Assembly (NCBI GenBank): GCA_051294375.1
Contig: CM119268.1
Coordinates: forward strand, 6,581,232 to 6,645,231
Direction: 5' to 3'
DNA: 64,000 nt
Origin: Paraspadella gotoi
Lineage: Eukaryota > Animalia > Chaetognatha
This document shows positions 16,655 to 51,420 of this stretch, piece after piece; the stretch's first letter is position 1, and every line of letters begins with the position of its first letter. A model generated the notes under the pieces. The model was not told the DNA's origin. It did not search any database and saw only the letters and a list, made by a program, of their open reading frames with translations. The translations under genes and the position numbers were made by a program.

Positions 16655-18831
16655 GAATTGATGATGATGCTGACTGATAGATTGATTTTTCGATCGATCA
16701 ATCGATTTCAATTCCTCCACCTGCTCTTCGCGACGCAAGGATCCCCAACAGCTCCAGCTTCTCCAGCCTCTCGAATCCCCTGACGACATCGACGACCTCG
16801 TTGACCTCTCAAGAAATTCTCGTTGGCCATGAGATGTCGGAGGGCGGGCCGGAGGCAGGGGAGTTTTCCGAGAGGCTCTCATCCGACACCGGAATGTTCA
16901 GGACCTGGCCGGGAGGCGTTGGCGACAGGGAGGGGGGGGGGGAAAGGTTTAGTCGAATTGGAATAAACAAAAAAGGAAATATTGGCATATTAGAAATACC
17001 CGCCCGTAATTTTCTTAGATTCGTAAATCAGGTTGGTTATTAGGATGAAGTCGAGTTAGGGATTCGTTTAGGGTTGAAATTAGGGGTTTAGTTATTGGGA
17101 TTAAGTTAGAAATAGAGCTAAGAATTGCAAGAAATTGGCGTTAGATATATAAGCTCAAGTTAAGTTACAGTCATTTGACAAAACATTAAACACAGAAATG
17201 GGGAGTCATCGAATAAAAGCGCCCCCTTCCCCCCCCCCCCGAACACTGGATAACGTCAGCGCCTCTGACTCCAACGATCGAATCCTCTGACGCCTACGCG
17301 AGATCGATACGATCTTCTCTCCTGGCGGAAGACGTTGATGTTCAAGTGGAGTTCTGTTTGAAAGTCGAAAGAAAAAAAAAAAAACTTTGTAAAAAAAGGA
17401 GAATAAAACTTTTTTCGCCGCCTCCTTGATCCTCGCCCTCATCGAGGCGTCAAAGGGTCCGCAAGATTTGCGTCCACAGTCAACACCTTACATTAGGAGA
17501 AGTGAGAAATGAAGATTTGAGTTTGATTTTTTTTCTATTTCTTAGAGAGAGTTGAATTAGTTCGACAACGATATTTATTATGGTTCTCGAAACTAATTCA
17601 AACTCTAATTCGCAAACACAACGAAAAGAAAGGATTTCACATAATATCTTATCTTATATCTCTCTCCTTTTTTTTTCTACATTCCGAGCCTCACTTCGGC
17701 CAAACTTTCTCGTATATCTTTACTCCAATTTTTTTTTACTACTCGTCCTATATTTTCGACCCAATAAAGGTTTTTTAGAGGGAGAAACGATTCAAAGGCT
17801 AATATTTCCAGTTATCTTACCCCAGTTTTCTCTTTCACTGAGAACCCAACCTCGTTCCATATTTTCTAATTTCTACTACACCCCTTGGCACCAAGGGCTT
17901 TGGGCCTTTCAAACTCGACCACAACTTTTTTTTTCTTTTTCTTTTTTCTTTTTCTTTTCTCATCTCATTCATCTCCTGCAAACTCTCTTCGATCCCTGCT
18001 TTTTTTCTTCCGGATCCCATTCACCCCAAGTCATCCCTTTACCACCACCTCCCCTACAAAATCTTCACCCCTTCCTACCATCCCCGTAACACCCCCCTAC
18101 CAACCCCTGTCTTCTCCCCAACACCTTGAGGTTCTCCGCAATTTTCGATGCTCCAACGACGACGATTCGATTTCCGCCGACGTAGAGTTTGACGAGCGAC
18201 TTGAGATCCTTCAGGTTCTCCATGCCGATGTCGAGTTGTTTTGCAGGTAGAGATGGGTCAGCGCACTTGGCGAAGCCCAGGTAATGGGACCGTCGTAGCT
18301 GAAAGGGAAGGGAAGTAAAGGGGAAGGGGAAGGGTAAGTTAATAATTTTTTGAAGTTGGTCAACGTAACATACATTGTATGTGTGGTAGTGCTATGTGTA
18401 ATTGTGTATGTGAAATATGGGGAACGAGATTGCCTGATGGGTGTGGTATTGCATTGCAATGGAGTTTTACTTTTTAATATATTTTGGAATATTTATTAAG
18501 TGTTATTCTTTAATATTATTTCTTGGCAGAGCGAAATTAACAAAAAATAACAATAATTTAAATTAAAACCACATAAAGCAGAATGAGTAGCTGACCTTAT
18601 TGTCGTAGAGAAGAGGACTAAGGAGATTCTTGCAAGCGGACAATCCGTATCTCTTCGATGTTTTGTCTTGCAGATAAAGGTGAGTCAATTTCCTCAGTAA
18701 GTCTGTTCGCCTCGACTGCGATCCTGTCCGCCCTGGCGAGAAGGTAGGGCGGTGCGCGGCCATCCATATACTGAGATGCGGGAGTTATAGAATTAGTTAC
18801 CTCTGTCTCTCTCTCTCTCTCTAGCTTCTCT

Positions 18832-18879
<48 letters not shown>

Positions 18880-19030
18880 TGAACGACCCACTGTAACCTT
18901 ATAGGACCTTCTTGCAGAAGGTACCTAGTCCAATGTACAATTATCTATCTATCTATCTCTTCTCTCTCTCTCTCCCTACCACGCCGCTGCTGCCCTTGGC
19001 CTTATGAATCCATAGTGAGTTTCACCATGT
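13237..19030 (-). CDS. PPP1R42: Second, more complete but indel-corrupted copy of PPP1R42 including 3' exons
   Basis: Exons homologous to copy 1 at ~18980-19030, 18595-18770, 18125-18298 and 17245-17355. Downstream exons at ~16721-16904 (VLNI...), 16396-16588 (YRER...LDVLDGKEIT), 15752-15865, 13547-13627 and 13237-13476. Multiple 1-nt indels break the frame. Confidence 0.65.
16590..16690. repeat. (GATT)n microsatellite
   Basis: Run of gattgattgatt within a PPP1R42 intron. Confidence 0.9.
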
Positions 19031-20473
19031 GCTTGTTTTCCCTTCGTTTCCTACGTCATTTCGGTCCACGAAAACGAAAGTTAAGTCGAAAAATTTTCCT
19101 AAATTAAAGTAAAAAGATTAAACAAAAGGGAAAAAGTTTATAAGACATGCAACAACTTTCTTGGGGTCCCCCTTTCCTCCCGCATCCTACATAGCCAAAA
19201 GTTAAAATGTAATTGATTTATTAAAATATCAAATTCTAAACGCCTTCCAAAGAATCAAACGGCCACGACTTCCCTACTTTTTCCCCCTTTTTCTTGGACA
19301 AAAAAAAAAAAAAATTCCAATAAACACACGAAGTCCATAAAAAAAAAGGATTTTCGGTCCATATTCGATTCCGGTGTCCAGTTTCATGCGACGGTTTTTG
19401 GAATTCCCTCCGGATGTCCATTTTCTCTACTCAACCCCCCCCAACCCCATTAGACCCTTCTTCCGCTTCATTTTTTAACTCTCTCCTTTTTTCCTCCCTA
19501 AGATCTCTTTCCTTTCCTTCACTTTCTCTATTAGGCCGCCTTCTATCCTTTTCTCAAAATATTTTCTTTTCTTTTTCTTTCGCTTCTCTGACCTCTTTTT
19601 TCCTCCACTCCGTCTGTTCGGCTCCAAACTGGACATGTTCTATGGGCGAGAGGCAATGGCATTCTTGTCCATCGTTTACTCCCTCTTTATGATGCACTAA
19701 CTTTCTTTTCTTTTCTTTTCTTTTTCTTTTCTTTTCTTTTTCTTTTCTTTTCTTTTCTTTCTTTTCTTTTTCTTTTCTTTTCTTTTCTTTCTTTTCTTTT
19801 CTTTTTTCTTTTCTTTTTTTCTTTTCTTTTCTTCTTTTCTCTTTTCTTTTCTTTTTCTCTTTTCCTTTTTTCTGTTTTTCTTTTTCCTCTTTCCTTTTCT
19901 TTTCCCTTTCTTTTCTTTCTTTTCTTTTCTTTTTTTCTTTTTTCTTTTCTTTTTTCTGGTTTCTTTTTTTCTTTTCTCTTTTTTTCTTTTTCTTTTCTTT
20001 TCTTTTTTTCTTTCTTTTCTTTCTTTGCCCTTCTTTCCTTTTCTCTTTTCTTTTCTTTTCTTTCTCTTTTCTTTTTCTTTCCTTTTTTTTCTTTTATTTT
20101 CTTTTCTTTACTTTGTCTTTTCTTTTCTTTTTTTCTTTATCTTTTCCTTCCTTTCCATTCCCCTCCTTTCCTTTCCTTTCCTTTCCTTTCCTTCTTTCTT
20201 TCCTTTCCTTTCCTTTTATTATTCTTTTCTTATTTCCTGATTCCCCAAAGTCGGTCAACGAATTTCTTGTTCTCCTCTGGAATCGAGGACTCATTCAACG
20301 ATCACTTCTCAACTTTTGACTTCAGGCGTTTTGGTTGTTGTTGTTATAATTGTTATTTGCTTTAGAGATACAAGAAATTTTTATATAGGTTGTGTTGTTA
20401 CCCTCGCAATCAATGTCCCTGATTTAACTTGGGTTATGGTCTCTCTCTCTCGCTTTCTTTCTTTATTGGTCTC

Positions 20474-20514
<41 letters not shown>

Positions 20515-22855
20515 CTCTTCTCTCTCTATCTCTCTTCTACTCTCTCTCGTCTCTCTCTTCTCTCTCAATCCTCTTCCATTATTAATTTAAAGCAATATAT
20601 TACATTTTTCATGTGTTTTCTCGGACATAAGTTACTTTTACGACACCATAAATATGACCCTAAAACTTAATTAGTTAGAAAATTGCCCAGGCTCAAGCCA
20701 TCCTTTTATATTTTATATTTTATATTTTATAACCCGAAAGTATTATTTTCATTTTCTCTCTCGCCTTTTTTCTTCTCTCTCGTATCTTTCTTTTTTTTCC
20801 CCCCAAAGAAAAATTTTTTTCTTACATTCGCCACGAGATGTCCGGCTTTTCTTTCCTTCCTCCCTTTTTTCTGCATTCTTTCTTCTTCCTTTCCTAATTA
20901 CTGCATTCTCCCTTCCTCCTCTTTCCTCTCTCTTTTTTTTTGTGCATTCTTTCTTTCCTCCTTTCCTATTTCCTGCATTCTCCCTTCCTTCCTCTTTCCT
21001 CTCTCCTTTTTTTTGTGCATTCTTTCTTTTCCTCTTTCCTCATTTACTACTGCATTCTCCCCTTCCTTTCATCCTTTCCTCTCTCCTTTTTTTTGTGCCA
21101 TTCTTTCTTCCTCCTTTCCTATTTACTTGCATTCCTCCTTCCTTCCGCTTTCCTCTTTCTTTTTTTGTGCATTTCTTTCTTTCCTCCTTTCCTATACTGC
21201 ATTCTTCCTTGCATCCCCTTTCCTCTCTCTTTTTTTCTTCATTCTTTCTTTCCTCCTTTCCTTTTTCTTCCATTCTTCCTTCCTTCCTCTTTCCTCTCTC
21301 CTTTTTTTGTGCATTCTTTCTTTCCTCCTTTCCTATTTACTGCATTCCTCCTTCCTTCCGCTTTCCTCTTTCTTTTTTTGTGCATTCTTTCTTTCCTCCT
21401 TTCCTATTTTCTGCATTCCCTCTTCCTTCCTCCTTCCTCTCTCCTCCGCATTATTCATTTTTCTCGTTACCCTCATTTCCGCTTTTTGATTTATGATTCT
21501 GATTCGTGATCCAATTCCAAATTCCCAAATTCCACAGATTCCCAAGTCCAGAGTCTTTTGTCCACTCTTGGCCCTTTCTTATCTAATTCACCCCGAGCCT
21601 CCCCTTCCATGTCCAGTTGTCCACTGTCTCCACTGTCCGCTGACCAGTGACCACTCCCAATTTTGAAATGCTTGACTCATAGAGATTAGTATGTACATTT
21701 CAAATCGTGTATCAAAACTTGATAATTTTACACCGTGAATCTGCACTCAAAATACATTTTCACAGCCTCACCCTTAAACGTAAAATTTTCACCCTTCACT
21801 CATCGCATCCACCCTTTTTTAAATCCAGGATTTTCCGAGGAAAAACGTGAAGTCTCAAGTCCAAATTTTCGAATAAAGTTCACTTCACCGCTGACTCATA
21901 TCCTGTGACGAAAATCCCAACATTTTCACTCTTCACCGAACCTTTGCACCCCTCTCCCTGCCAAGGATGTCGAGTCCGTTCGTCGCCCGGATGTAAATGC
22001 CGTCGCCCTTTTCATTTTCTCAGTTGGTCGCGTTTTTCTGTTTGCTCCTGAATCGATTTTCGCGTCGCTTAGCGACGATTCCTAACAAAAGCACGAAACG
22101 CTCTTTTTTTTTTTCTCTCTCTCTCTCTCTCTCGCTATTTTTACCAAAGGCCATTCGGCATTCTCGTTTCTCGAAGTTTCTTTCTTTCTTTTAAATTTTG
22201 CGATTTTCTTGGGTAAATTACTAAATTTTTTTTCCCCGATTGATGTATTCATGGTTGTTTTTTTTTTTATCCCCTTTGGCTTCTGTTTTTTTAAATCTTG
22301 CTGTTAAACTTTATTTTTTCTTTCTTTTTTTTTGTATATTCTTTTCTTCACTTTTTTTCATTTAGACTTCTTTTCTTTTCTTTTGTTTCTTTTCTTTTCT
22401 TTTCTTTTATTCTCTTTTTTTTTCTTTTTCCTTTCTTTTCTTTTCTTTTCTTTTCTTTTCTTTTCTTTTCTTTTTTTAGGTAATTTTTTTCCCGTTTTCT
22501 TCTTTCTTTTATTTCAGTTTTTATTTTTATTTTTTCCGTCCCAATCGTATTATTTTCTTATCTTTTCTTTTTTTCTTTATTCATCTTTCTTCATAACTAT
22601 TTTAAATTTTTTATTTATTTATATGTATTTTACTTCAAAAATATACATTAAATGTTAACAAAAATCCAAATAGTTAAATGCAGCAAGTTTCAACCTAATA
22701 AAAAAACTAATCAAAATAAATACTCATTATAAACAAATTCTTATTGATACAAATCGGCGTTAGTCAAACTATTGCAGTACAATAAAAAAGATATCAGTCA
22801 AGTGTCAACCCAGTTTGAATGACTGTTCTACTCCCATGTAGGGCAAGGAGAGAGA

Positions 22856-22900
<45 letters not shown>

Positions 22901-24000
22901 TCATCTTCCCAATCGTTTCCCTTGTCAACCATCTTCCTTTCCAAATCCCAAAATTAACTCTCCCCTTAAACTCACCCTCGCCTTTTAAACGAGAGCTTAC
23001 GTAAAAATACCGACCCGATGTTTTGTTTGTTTTACCCACCCTCCACCCCCCCCAAAGCTCGTGTAAACCGTAAACTTACCCTGTTCAGTTTCGCGGCGTG
23101 GGGGGGCGTACGTGCTGCTTCTTCTCGCTGTTTTTTCGTGTTTTCATGATTTTTATCTTCGGTCGTCATGGCGACGTTTGGGACGCGCCTGCGCAAACAA
23201 CCGAGTCGTCGAAACTGGGAACCGAATCGAGTAACGAGTCGAGGACGTCGTCGCGGAGGCAACGACGGAGAAAATTGAGGAAGACGACGAGGAGGAGGAG
23301 GAGGAGGAGGAGGAGGACGACGACGACGACGACGTCGCAGAAAATGAGAAAAAAAAATAATGATTAAAAAAAAACGTTTCATGATGATGATACAATCGCG
23401 TTTTTGTGTTTCGAGTATCGAGACGAAAAAGATGGAGAGATGGATAGAGAGAGAGAGATAGAGAGAGAGAGAAATATTACGGCGTCGCGCATTCCTTCGA
23501 CAGCTCCATCAAGCGGCGTCGAACTGAAAAGCGCGGCGCCAACTCGACGAGAAACGGCGCTAAAAAAAAAGACAAAAAAACAACAACAACAAAAAAACAA
23601 AAGTGACGTCTTAGATCCTTTTTTTTTCTTTGTTTTGTTTTTATCGAATGCAAATTTCGAAATTCGATCTTTTTCTTTTTCTTTTTTTTTCTTTTACGAG
23701 GACAAACTTGTTTTCCGCTCGAATACAAAAATGTCTTTTTCTTCGATGGAAATAAATTTAAATTTATCTTCGTTGTTCTTTTTTATTAACACGTCTGATT
23801 ACACAAATTAATGTAATGTTGCAATTCGAAACAATATTTTTCTTTGTTATCAGGGGCCGGATTTGTTAACACTTATTGTCTTTTTTTTTTAAAAAAACGA
23901 TTTAAGAATAAACCTGTCACTTGTCAGTTACTTTCTCTTTCAAATATCAATCTTCTTGTAAATATGTATTAATTGAATATAAATTATGAATTATAAATTA
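17320..24000. repeat. Dispersed copy of window positions ~1-6700
   Basis: Collinear match from ctcctggcggaagacgttgatg (1 versus ~17320) to aaatatcaatcttcttgtaaa (~6635 versus ~23945), with dense small indels. Confidence 0.9.
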
Positions 24001-25138
24001 TATATAAATATATATATATAATATATAATATATATAATATATATAAATAATATATATTATAAATTATGAATTATATGCTAGTGCGGAGTACAATAAGTAT
24101 TCCCCGATCTAATACTTAAGGGAGTGGTCTTTTCATACAATTGAAACATTCTTTGAAATATTATACCACTTCATTGATAGGGAAGCCAGGTACTCTGGGA
24201 GTGAATAAACGAGACTGTGAGAGAGTCTTGATTGAAAGCTTGCAGGGACCTGCTATGTCATTATCTTGTAAGAGTGATGGAGGCCTTAAACCACCAAAGC
24301 CTGTCCAAAGTCAGGGGCAAGATAGCTTATTTATTAAATGAATGGATAATTTTTATATTGGTTGTACCAATTTCATGGAAATGAATTATCGAATAATATA
24401 ATTGATTAAACCATACGTCACATCCTTAATGATTATTAAACCATACATTTTCGAGTTAATATAAATGTTTTAGCGTCAAACTATATTGTGTCAAACTATT
24501 AATAACTTGTACCTACTCGTTCTGGGTAAACAAAATTCTTCCTTATCTTTTAATCGTGGCTTTTTTATGACATTCGCGTGTCCTTCTGGTTTCTCAATAA
24601 CGAAAGGCTGTAATGCTTTTCTTCCTGAAGTTTATTTCATTTAATTTTTTTCTCTTAACACATGTATAATTTGTGCAATAATCCAGGTGAAACGAAAAGA
24701 CGGTTTCACAACTATATATCAAACGATAATCATAAATGATTTTAAAAAATATATATAAATAACCAAGTCAACTTCCCCCCCCCCAGATGCTACATATAAT
24801 ATGTTAAAACGTCAACGGACATAACAAAAAGAAACTACGACAACAACAACTCAACGACAATTCTGCTCGTTAAAAATGCATCGTCGATTTCGGTGGCCAA
24901 GAAATACAGTGAACATCGAAGGAAACGAATTCGCGCGAAACGCAAAACCGAGACAAACTCGTCGAAGCGATTTTTCCCCGGATGTAACTCATTAACCCAT
25001 GGATCGAAGGCGAATATAATTCGTTGATTAAAGGTCTTTACCCGGATGTAATTGAAACTAAAGGAAAATACTCGGTTTCCCTTGATGAAATTAACGTGGA
25101 CGCAAATTCAAAGAGAAGACAAAAGACTCGGACACTTG

Positions 25139-25172
<34 letters not shown>

Positions 25173-25202
25173 TCGATCGTCGTGATCCTCCATTAAACAA
25201 AT

Positions 25203-45937
<20,735 letters not shown>

Positions 45938-46308
45938 CGGGTAATCAAGGATAATTGGGGATTGTGGGAGGGGGGGGGTAGTAATATGCAGCTGTGTTTG
46001 ATTTAGTGATTTCGAACGTTTCCTGCTGGGGGCTCTTATCAGTTTTATAGTGTAGTGTTATCTCTACGAGTGAGAATTCTCAAAAGAGTCTTGAAAGAGT
46101 CTGAACGAGAGTGTCGATGCTTACTGAGTCTCTCTCTCTCTTCCTCTCGTTGATCTTCCTTGTTTTAAGTTCCACCGAAACGGATGTACGTAAAAGTGGG
46201 TTTATGAGTTTGTGTCTTTTGTTTATCTTCTCTTTTAAAATAAAACAAATCCTAACAATCATTATTTTTTTTCTTATTTTTATTGCATATTTCTGATTCG
46301 CTTCACAG

Positions 46309-47001
46309 GATGGCCACGGAGTTCCTAGCCAGCAGCATTCCGCTGGTCGCAAAAATAAACTCAATATTCATCATCATCATCATCATCATCCACCGCCCGC
46401 GCCTCCAGCGCCGCCGCCTCCTGCGCCGCCGTCACCGACGCATCAAATTTCGCGGATCAACATCGACGCGAGTGTCTGCATCCCTGCGTCGACGCCGCAG
46501 CCCGGCGCTCCAACTGCGCCGCCGCTTCTTCCGCCCTCGCGACAAACGTTCGACCCTTTCGTCGGCGGCCGCAGCAGCATCAGCAACGGGTCCATCTTCA
46601 GCAGCAGCGACGCCGGCTTCAAAATGGCGACGAAGGAAAATCGTGAGGCGTCCTTTCTCCCTCGTCAAAACGCGTCGAACGTTTGGCGAAAGGGCGGCGG
46701 CGGCCTAAACACCCAGCCTTCCAACCTTACCCGTTACAACATGGCCAAAAAGATCAGGCACGGTTGCGCGGTCAAGGGAGGAGAGGACCGCGTGCCAAGC
46801 GGACGAACTAACGGAAGTCGTTCCCCCTTTAGTCCGGATAGGAAACGCGCGGAGGTCGGCGGCGCCTCCAAGCGGAATAAAAAAGGGAAGCAGACGACCC
46901 CGGCGAAAAAGAATGGCGGCGTCGACGGCGCAGAAAGAGACGACGCCGAAAACGGGAAGAGCATGAAAATTTTCTACTTGCAAAACTTTAAGTTTCGCTA
47001 A
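46309..47001 (+). CDS. Open 230-codon exon downstream of the CDKL stop (readthrough extension or alternative last exon)
   Basis: Acceptor ttcacag|GAT at 46308/46309. The frame is open to TAA 46999-47001: DGHGVPSQQHSAGRKNKLNIHHHHHHHPPPAPP...MATKENREASF...KSMKIFYLQNFKFR. GC-rich, coding-like composition between AT-rich flanks. Confidence 0.7.
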   Translation, partial: DGHGVPSQQHSAGRKNKLNIHHHHHHHPPPAPPAPPPPAPPSPTHQISRINIDASVCIPASTPQPGAPTAPPLLPPSRQTFDPFVGGRSSISNGSIFSSSDAGFKMATKENREASFLPRQNASNVWRKGGGGLNTQPSNLTRYNMAKKIRHGCAVKGGEDRVPSGRTNGSRSPFSPDRKRAEVGGASKRNKKGKQTTPAKKNGGVDGAERDDAENGKSMKIFYLQNFKFR

Positions 47002-48379
47002 AACCCAGGAACGAGGCGGAAAAGGAAAATAAACCAAAGGCGGTGCCATTTTTTTTTCCCGAAAAAAAATTATTATTTTTGCGAACTTTAAAATGTATTT
47101 TCGTCGTGAATATGCGTTGACCTTCATCATAAATTGTAAATTTTCATTTCGTGTGATTGGAGGGTATCGTGGAGGGTAATCATTTTTGTAAATTCGCGTA
47201 CAATCTCATTGGAGAAAATTAGCTTATTATATATTTAATAAATTTATGCGCAATAGTTATAGCTGTCGACAAAATAATCTTAAATATCTAATATTTTTAC
47301 TTTAATATTATAAAAAGCTAATCCAAACAAGCATGTCATTGTACAAATTATCGATACTTCTACGGTATGGGCGCATGCAGATCGGAACTCCTACGGCCAG
47401 GCTCTTAATAATCTGCGCGTAACTAGTCAACTTACTCAACACAAGGAGAACAACCCTGTAGTTTCTGATACGCACCAATAAACCTTAATTCGTTGCACAC
47501 TTCGCGTCCTTTATCTCACCCCTTATATTTCTTTTTAGAATACCAAAGAGTATATATACAAATTACAATTATACATATAGTTTCTTTACAGCCTTAGATG
47601 CATTTTGTCTTTATATTGTCAACGCTTAATGTCCGTCCACCATGTTTGGAAACTGTTTGTTTACAATGACTTTTGTTTACAAACATGGCAAGTCTCACCT
47701 GCGTGCCTTGCAATAATGCAATTGTTTCTTTTTAAATCTCACTTCCCGTTGCAAAACATCTTTCACGATGTTGTTCATTCCAGCTAGTTAACGAAATAGA
47801 TTATAGAATGTTTCACATGCGCACAGAAAAACATCTGAATGTTTTTTGTTTTGTGAATATATTGGATGACGTAAAGAAACTGTCGCAGGAGTCTTTTTGA
47901 GTCCTTTTGAGTAGGTTATCAGTTGTAAATTGTAAAAAGCGGATGCATTTCACGATCTGTTGTGATATAAAACTAACAGGTATCATTTAATGATTTAAGA
48001 AACCGCGTCCACTTCCCTCACCAAAGCGTTATAATTCAATTAACCAATAACCATTCTAAAAATTAGAATGTTCACTGCCTCTAACTTTACAATCAAAAAG
48101 CTGCTGATTTTTTCGCTTGTTTGTGGCAAATTTTTTTTTGTACATTAAATTTGGACGAGTGATTAAAATACATTGTTTGTATTTTTCAAGTTATTGCTTC
48201 TATGTTAATTTATGTAAATCAGTTAGAAACCTCGATAAAATACTATTTTAAAAATAACTACGAAGTTATTATAGATGAAGTTATTTATAATTATCGTCAG
48301 GAACAAAAACACAAACGCATAAATAATCATGAATAATTTACAATTAACCAAATCATCTATTCTGATAACAGCGAACTCT

Positions 48380-51300
48380 TCAAACGTGCGTTGACTCTAG
48401 TCTAAATATTTCCTGTCTAAAACTTGAAATTTCTCGCACTTCTCGGCAGAGATCTGCCGCCGAGAGTTGGCGTCTCCAAATCGGCGCGGATCCGGTTTCG
48501 TTGACCGCGGCGCGCGGCGACGCGACGAAGACGCCGCCGGCGTCCAGAACTGCTGTCGATATTCTGTTCGGGGACGCAGAGGCGCGGGAAACGTCGAAGA
48601 CATCGTCGGGTCCATCCTCCACGTCGACAAGCCGTTCGCGCGACGAAGATCTCGACGACGACGCCGTCCCGGCGAGATCGGCGTCGGAAACGGCGCTGCG
48701 TCGAGAGGAGCGGATGGATGAGAGGCGGAACCGTCTCGAGGAGGGACGGGGGACGGCGAGGGGGGCGGCGGGGCGAAAGAGTTTATTAGAGGAAGCGGAG
48801 ATGGTCCCGCGAAGTGGGCGCGAAGTGGGCAGGAAGGCAGCGGGCTCCTCTTCGTTCGTCCAGTGACCACTTATTAAAGTAGCGGTGGTCGAAGTCAGAG
48901 TGGGGCAATTAAAGGGGCGAGGAAGGGGAGAGTTGGGGAAAGAAGCGGTGGGTAGGGGAGTAGAGGTGAGGGGGAGAGACGAGCCTTTTTCGAGGTCAGG
49001 GTCGATCGAAGCCGCTCTAATCTCTTTCTCTTCGTGAGGAGGAACTCCTCTTCCTCCTTCTATTGCGATTGCTTGTGAGGCTCCTCCTCTTCCGGCGAAG
49101 GAAGAGGGCGAGTGGATGATTCTCGTCGGAAGCCGCGAATCGAATTCCTCACCAGAGAGTTGGGTGAGCCGGTTGTTGTTGTTATTTCGGACCGGATGGA
49201 TTCTCTCGGAAGAGCAAGCATCGATACGAACTCCGTTAGAGTCATTGTCGTCAGGGAGAGAAGAAGGGGCTGGCGAAAATGCGAAGTGTGTGCGAACGGA
49301 CGGAAGGGGGAAACAAAGGGGTGAAGGTGGAAAAGAGAGAGGATCAGGTCGTAAGGAAGACCGAAGGGGTAAAGCATCGGGAGAAGGAAAGACGAAAACT
49401 GAGGCGGCTGGGGTTTGGAAAAGAGGGGAGTCGGGAAAGGAGACGAGTCTGAGAGGTGGCGGCGGCATTTTGACGTTAGGGCGGGCGACCGAGGAGAGAG
49501 GCGCGGTTACGGATGGGCGGAAAGCAGTCGGGGGCGCTTCCTCTATGTCGATCCCATTGATACGCCCCGAGGAAACGACCCCGCTTTTCGCCGAGGACGA
49601 AGAGCGGCGCCGGAGCATGGAAACGACGACGATCAAGAAGACGAAGGAGCCCACAGCGGTTCCAATGACGACGACGAGGTAGAATTCAAAATCTTCGTCA
49701 CCATCGTCGTCGTCATCGTCGTCCATTTCCGATAATGTCGTCGGCGATGCCGTCTCGATCCCGCCGCCGACGACCACGAGAGCTTTGGATGTGTCGACGA
49801 CGACGGGTTCCGAGAAGGCGATGGGCGATTCTTCGACGAAGGCACGGATTTCGACCTTGAAGACGGAATCGGTCGCGAGTCGAATCTCCGCCCTGCTGAG
49901 TAGAGTCTCCGTCTCGTAGATCTCATCCGTTGCGTCATTGGCCTCTTTGCGCCGCGCCTCCATCTCATCCGGCGTCAGGATCCCGTACCACTTGACCAAA
50001 TAAGTCACGTGTTCGTCCGGCGTCGCCGGCGTGATCTCCGGCCAGCGGAGATTGACCCTGGCGCTTTCGTCACCGAATCCGATCGTCATCCGCGTGACTT
50101 CCGGGCGCCAAGCTTCGAAAAAGGCGCCGGTAGCGGCGGCGTCGTTTTGAACGGTGAAGCAGCGCGTAAAGGTCAGATCGGGATTGGCGCAGCCGTCGGT
50201 GACAAAACGGGCGACGTCGAAAGTCGTCGGCGGGAAGTCGGTTGATCTGACCACGTCGACGATGAGTTGGAACTCGGAGTTGAAAGTCAGATCGTGGAGG
50301 GTCTTCTTGACGACTCTGGCTCGGGTCGGCGATAACTCCAGCAAGAATGCATCGTCCACGTTGGAAGGACAAGTAGGAAAGTCCGGATCAACGTCGCCGC
50401 GGATTCGTTGGAGGTGGAGTCGATAGGCGGCGCGTCCGCGCAATGTCGCCGGCTGCTCGAAGGAGACGACCGCGAAAACTGCATCGTCAGAGCCGCGGAT
50501 GTCAACGGCAACGGCGACACGACGCGCTGAGGGGCGGCGCCTAAGAGGCAGATGGAGGCGGCGCCGAGTCTCGAAGACGGCACCGGAGGTGGAAAAAGCG
50601 CGCAAGAGGAAGGTGGGCGCGGCGTATCGCGGAGGAGGAGAGAAGGAGCCAATGACGTTGCTGCGCTCAAGGACGTCGGTGAAGGTCTCGTCGGAAAGAT
50701 CGAGATCGACGGAGTTGTCCAGAGTTTGGGTCAGAGAGACGGAAGAGTGTCCATCGACGAGGCGAAGGTCGTAGACGACGGAGGCGTCGCCAATGGTCGA
50801 CGGTCGCCATGACAACTTGAGACGCGGGTATTCGTCGACGACGCCGACGATCGACGCGGTGGCGTCGGAAAAAATCCTTCGAGTCGAGGATTCGAACAGT
50901 CGAACTTCTTTGAAACGACAGGCTGTCTGACATCCCGGAAGCTGAAGACAATTATGAAAATAGAAATGAGTATTGGATATAATTTTTACACGCAATCCGG
51001 CTTTGATAAGTCTGCAACATATTACATATAACGACGCAACAAAACTTCTTGTGCATCATATGAAAATAAGCAATTTCAACTTACGCAAAATCTTTTGGGC
51101 ATCCGGCACATGGAGCCCCAGACGTTGAAGTTCCGGAACAGCATCGAGCAAGTCTTCCAGCACATTTGGCAATCGGCGTTGGAGGCGCAACCGTCGTCGC
51201 GATTTACAGAGACTTCTTTGATTTTCTGGTCGTCGATTTGGCCGTCGACGAGGGGTGTTATTGGAAGATGCTGGGAGGCGCACCTGGCTCGGCACTGGGC

Positions 51301-51420
51301 CTTCCACGCGTCCGCCTCTTCGCGAGACGACGCGGTGGCCATGGAAACCGAACTGACTAATAGCACCGTCATCAGGAAATACGATGCCATCGCGAAATGC
51401 GAAGGGTGGAATTTCTTCAT
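48380..51420 (-). CDS. Single-pass type I membrane protein with signal peptide, anosmin-like Cys box, probable FN3-like domains, long low-complexity tail and no kinase domain (~955-965 aa)
   Basis: Exon 1 51420 (or 51390)-51085 and exon 2 50941-48380 (GT-AG, phase 0). Signal MASYFLMTVLLVSSVSMATA; QCRARC...CASNADCQMCWKTC...MCRMPKRFC|LPGCQTACRF; beta-rich motifs LSWRP, VNLRWP, YLVKWY, FKVEIRA; TM FYLVVVIGTAVGSFVFLIVVVSML-RRR; C-terminus ESTHV. Confidence 0.8.

Noticed and set aside
16396-19030. Programmed frameshifting or true pseudogenisation of PPP1R42 copy 2
   Set aside because: Indels are spread through introns and exons alike, as expected for unpolished long-read sequence.
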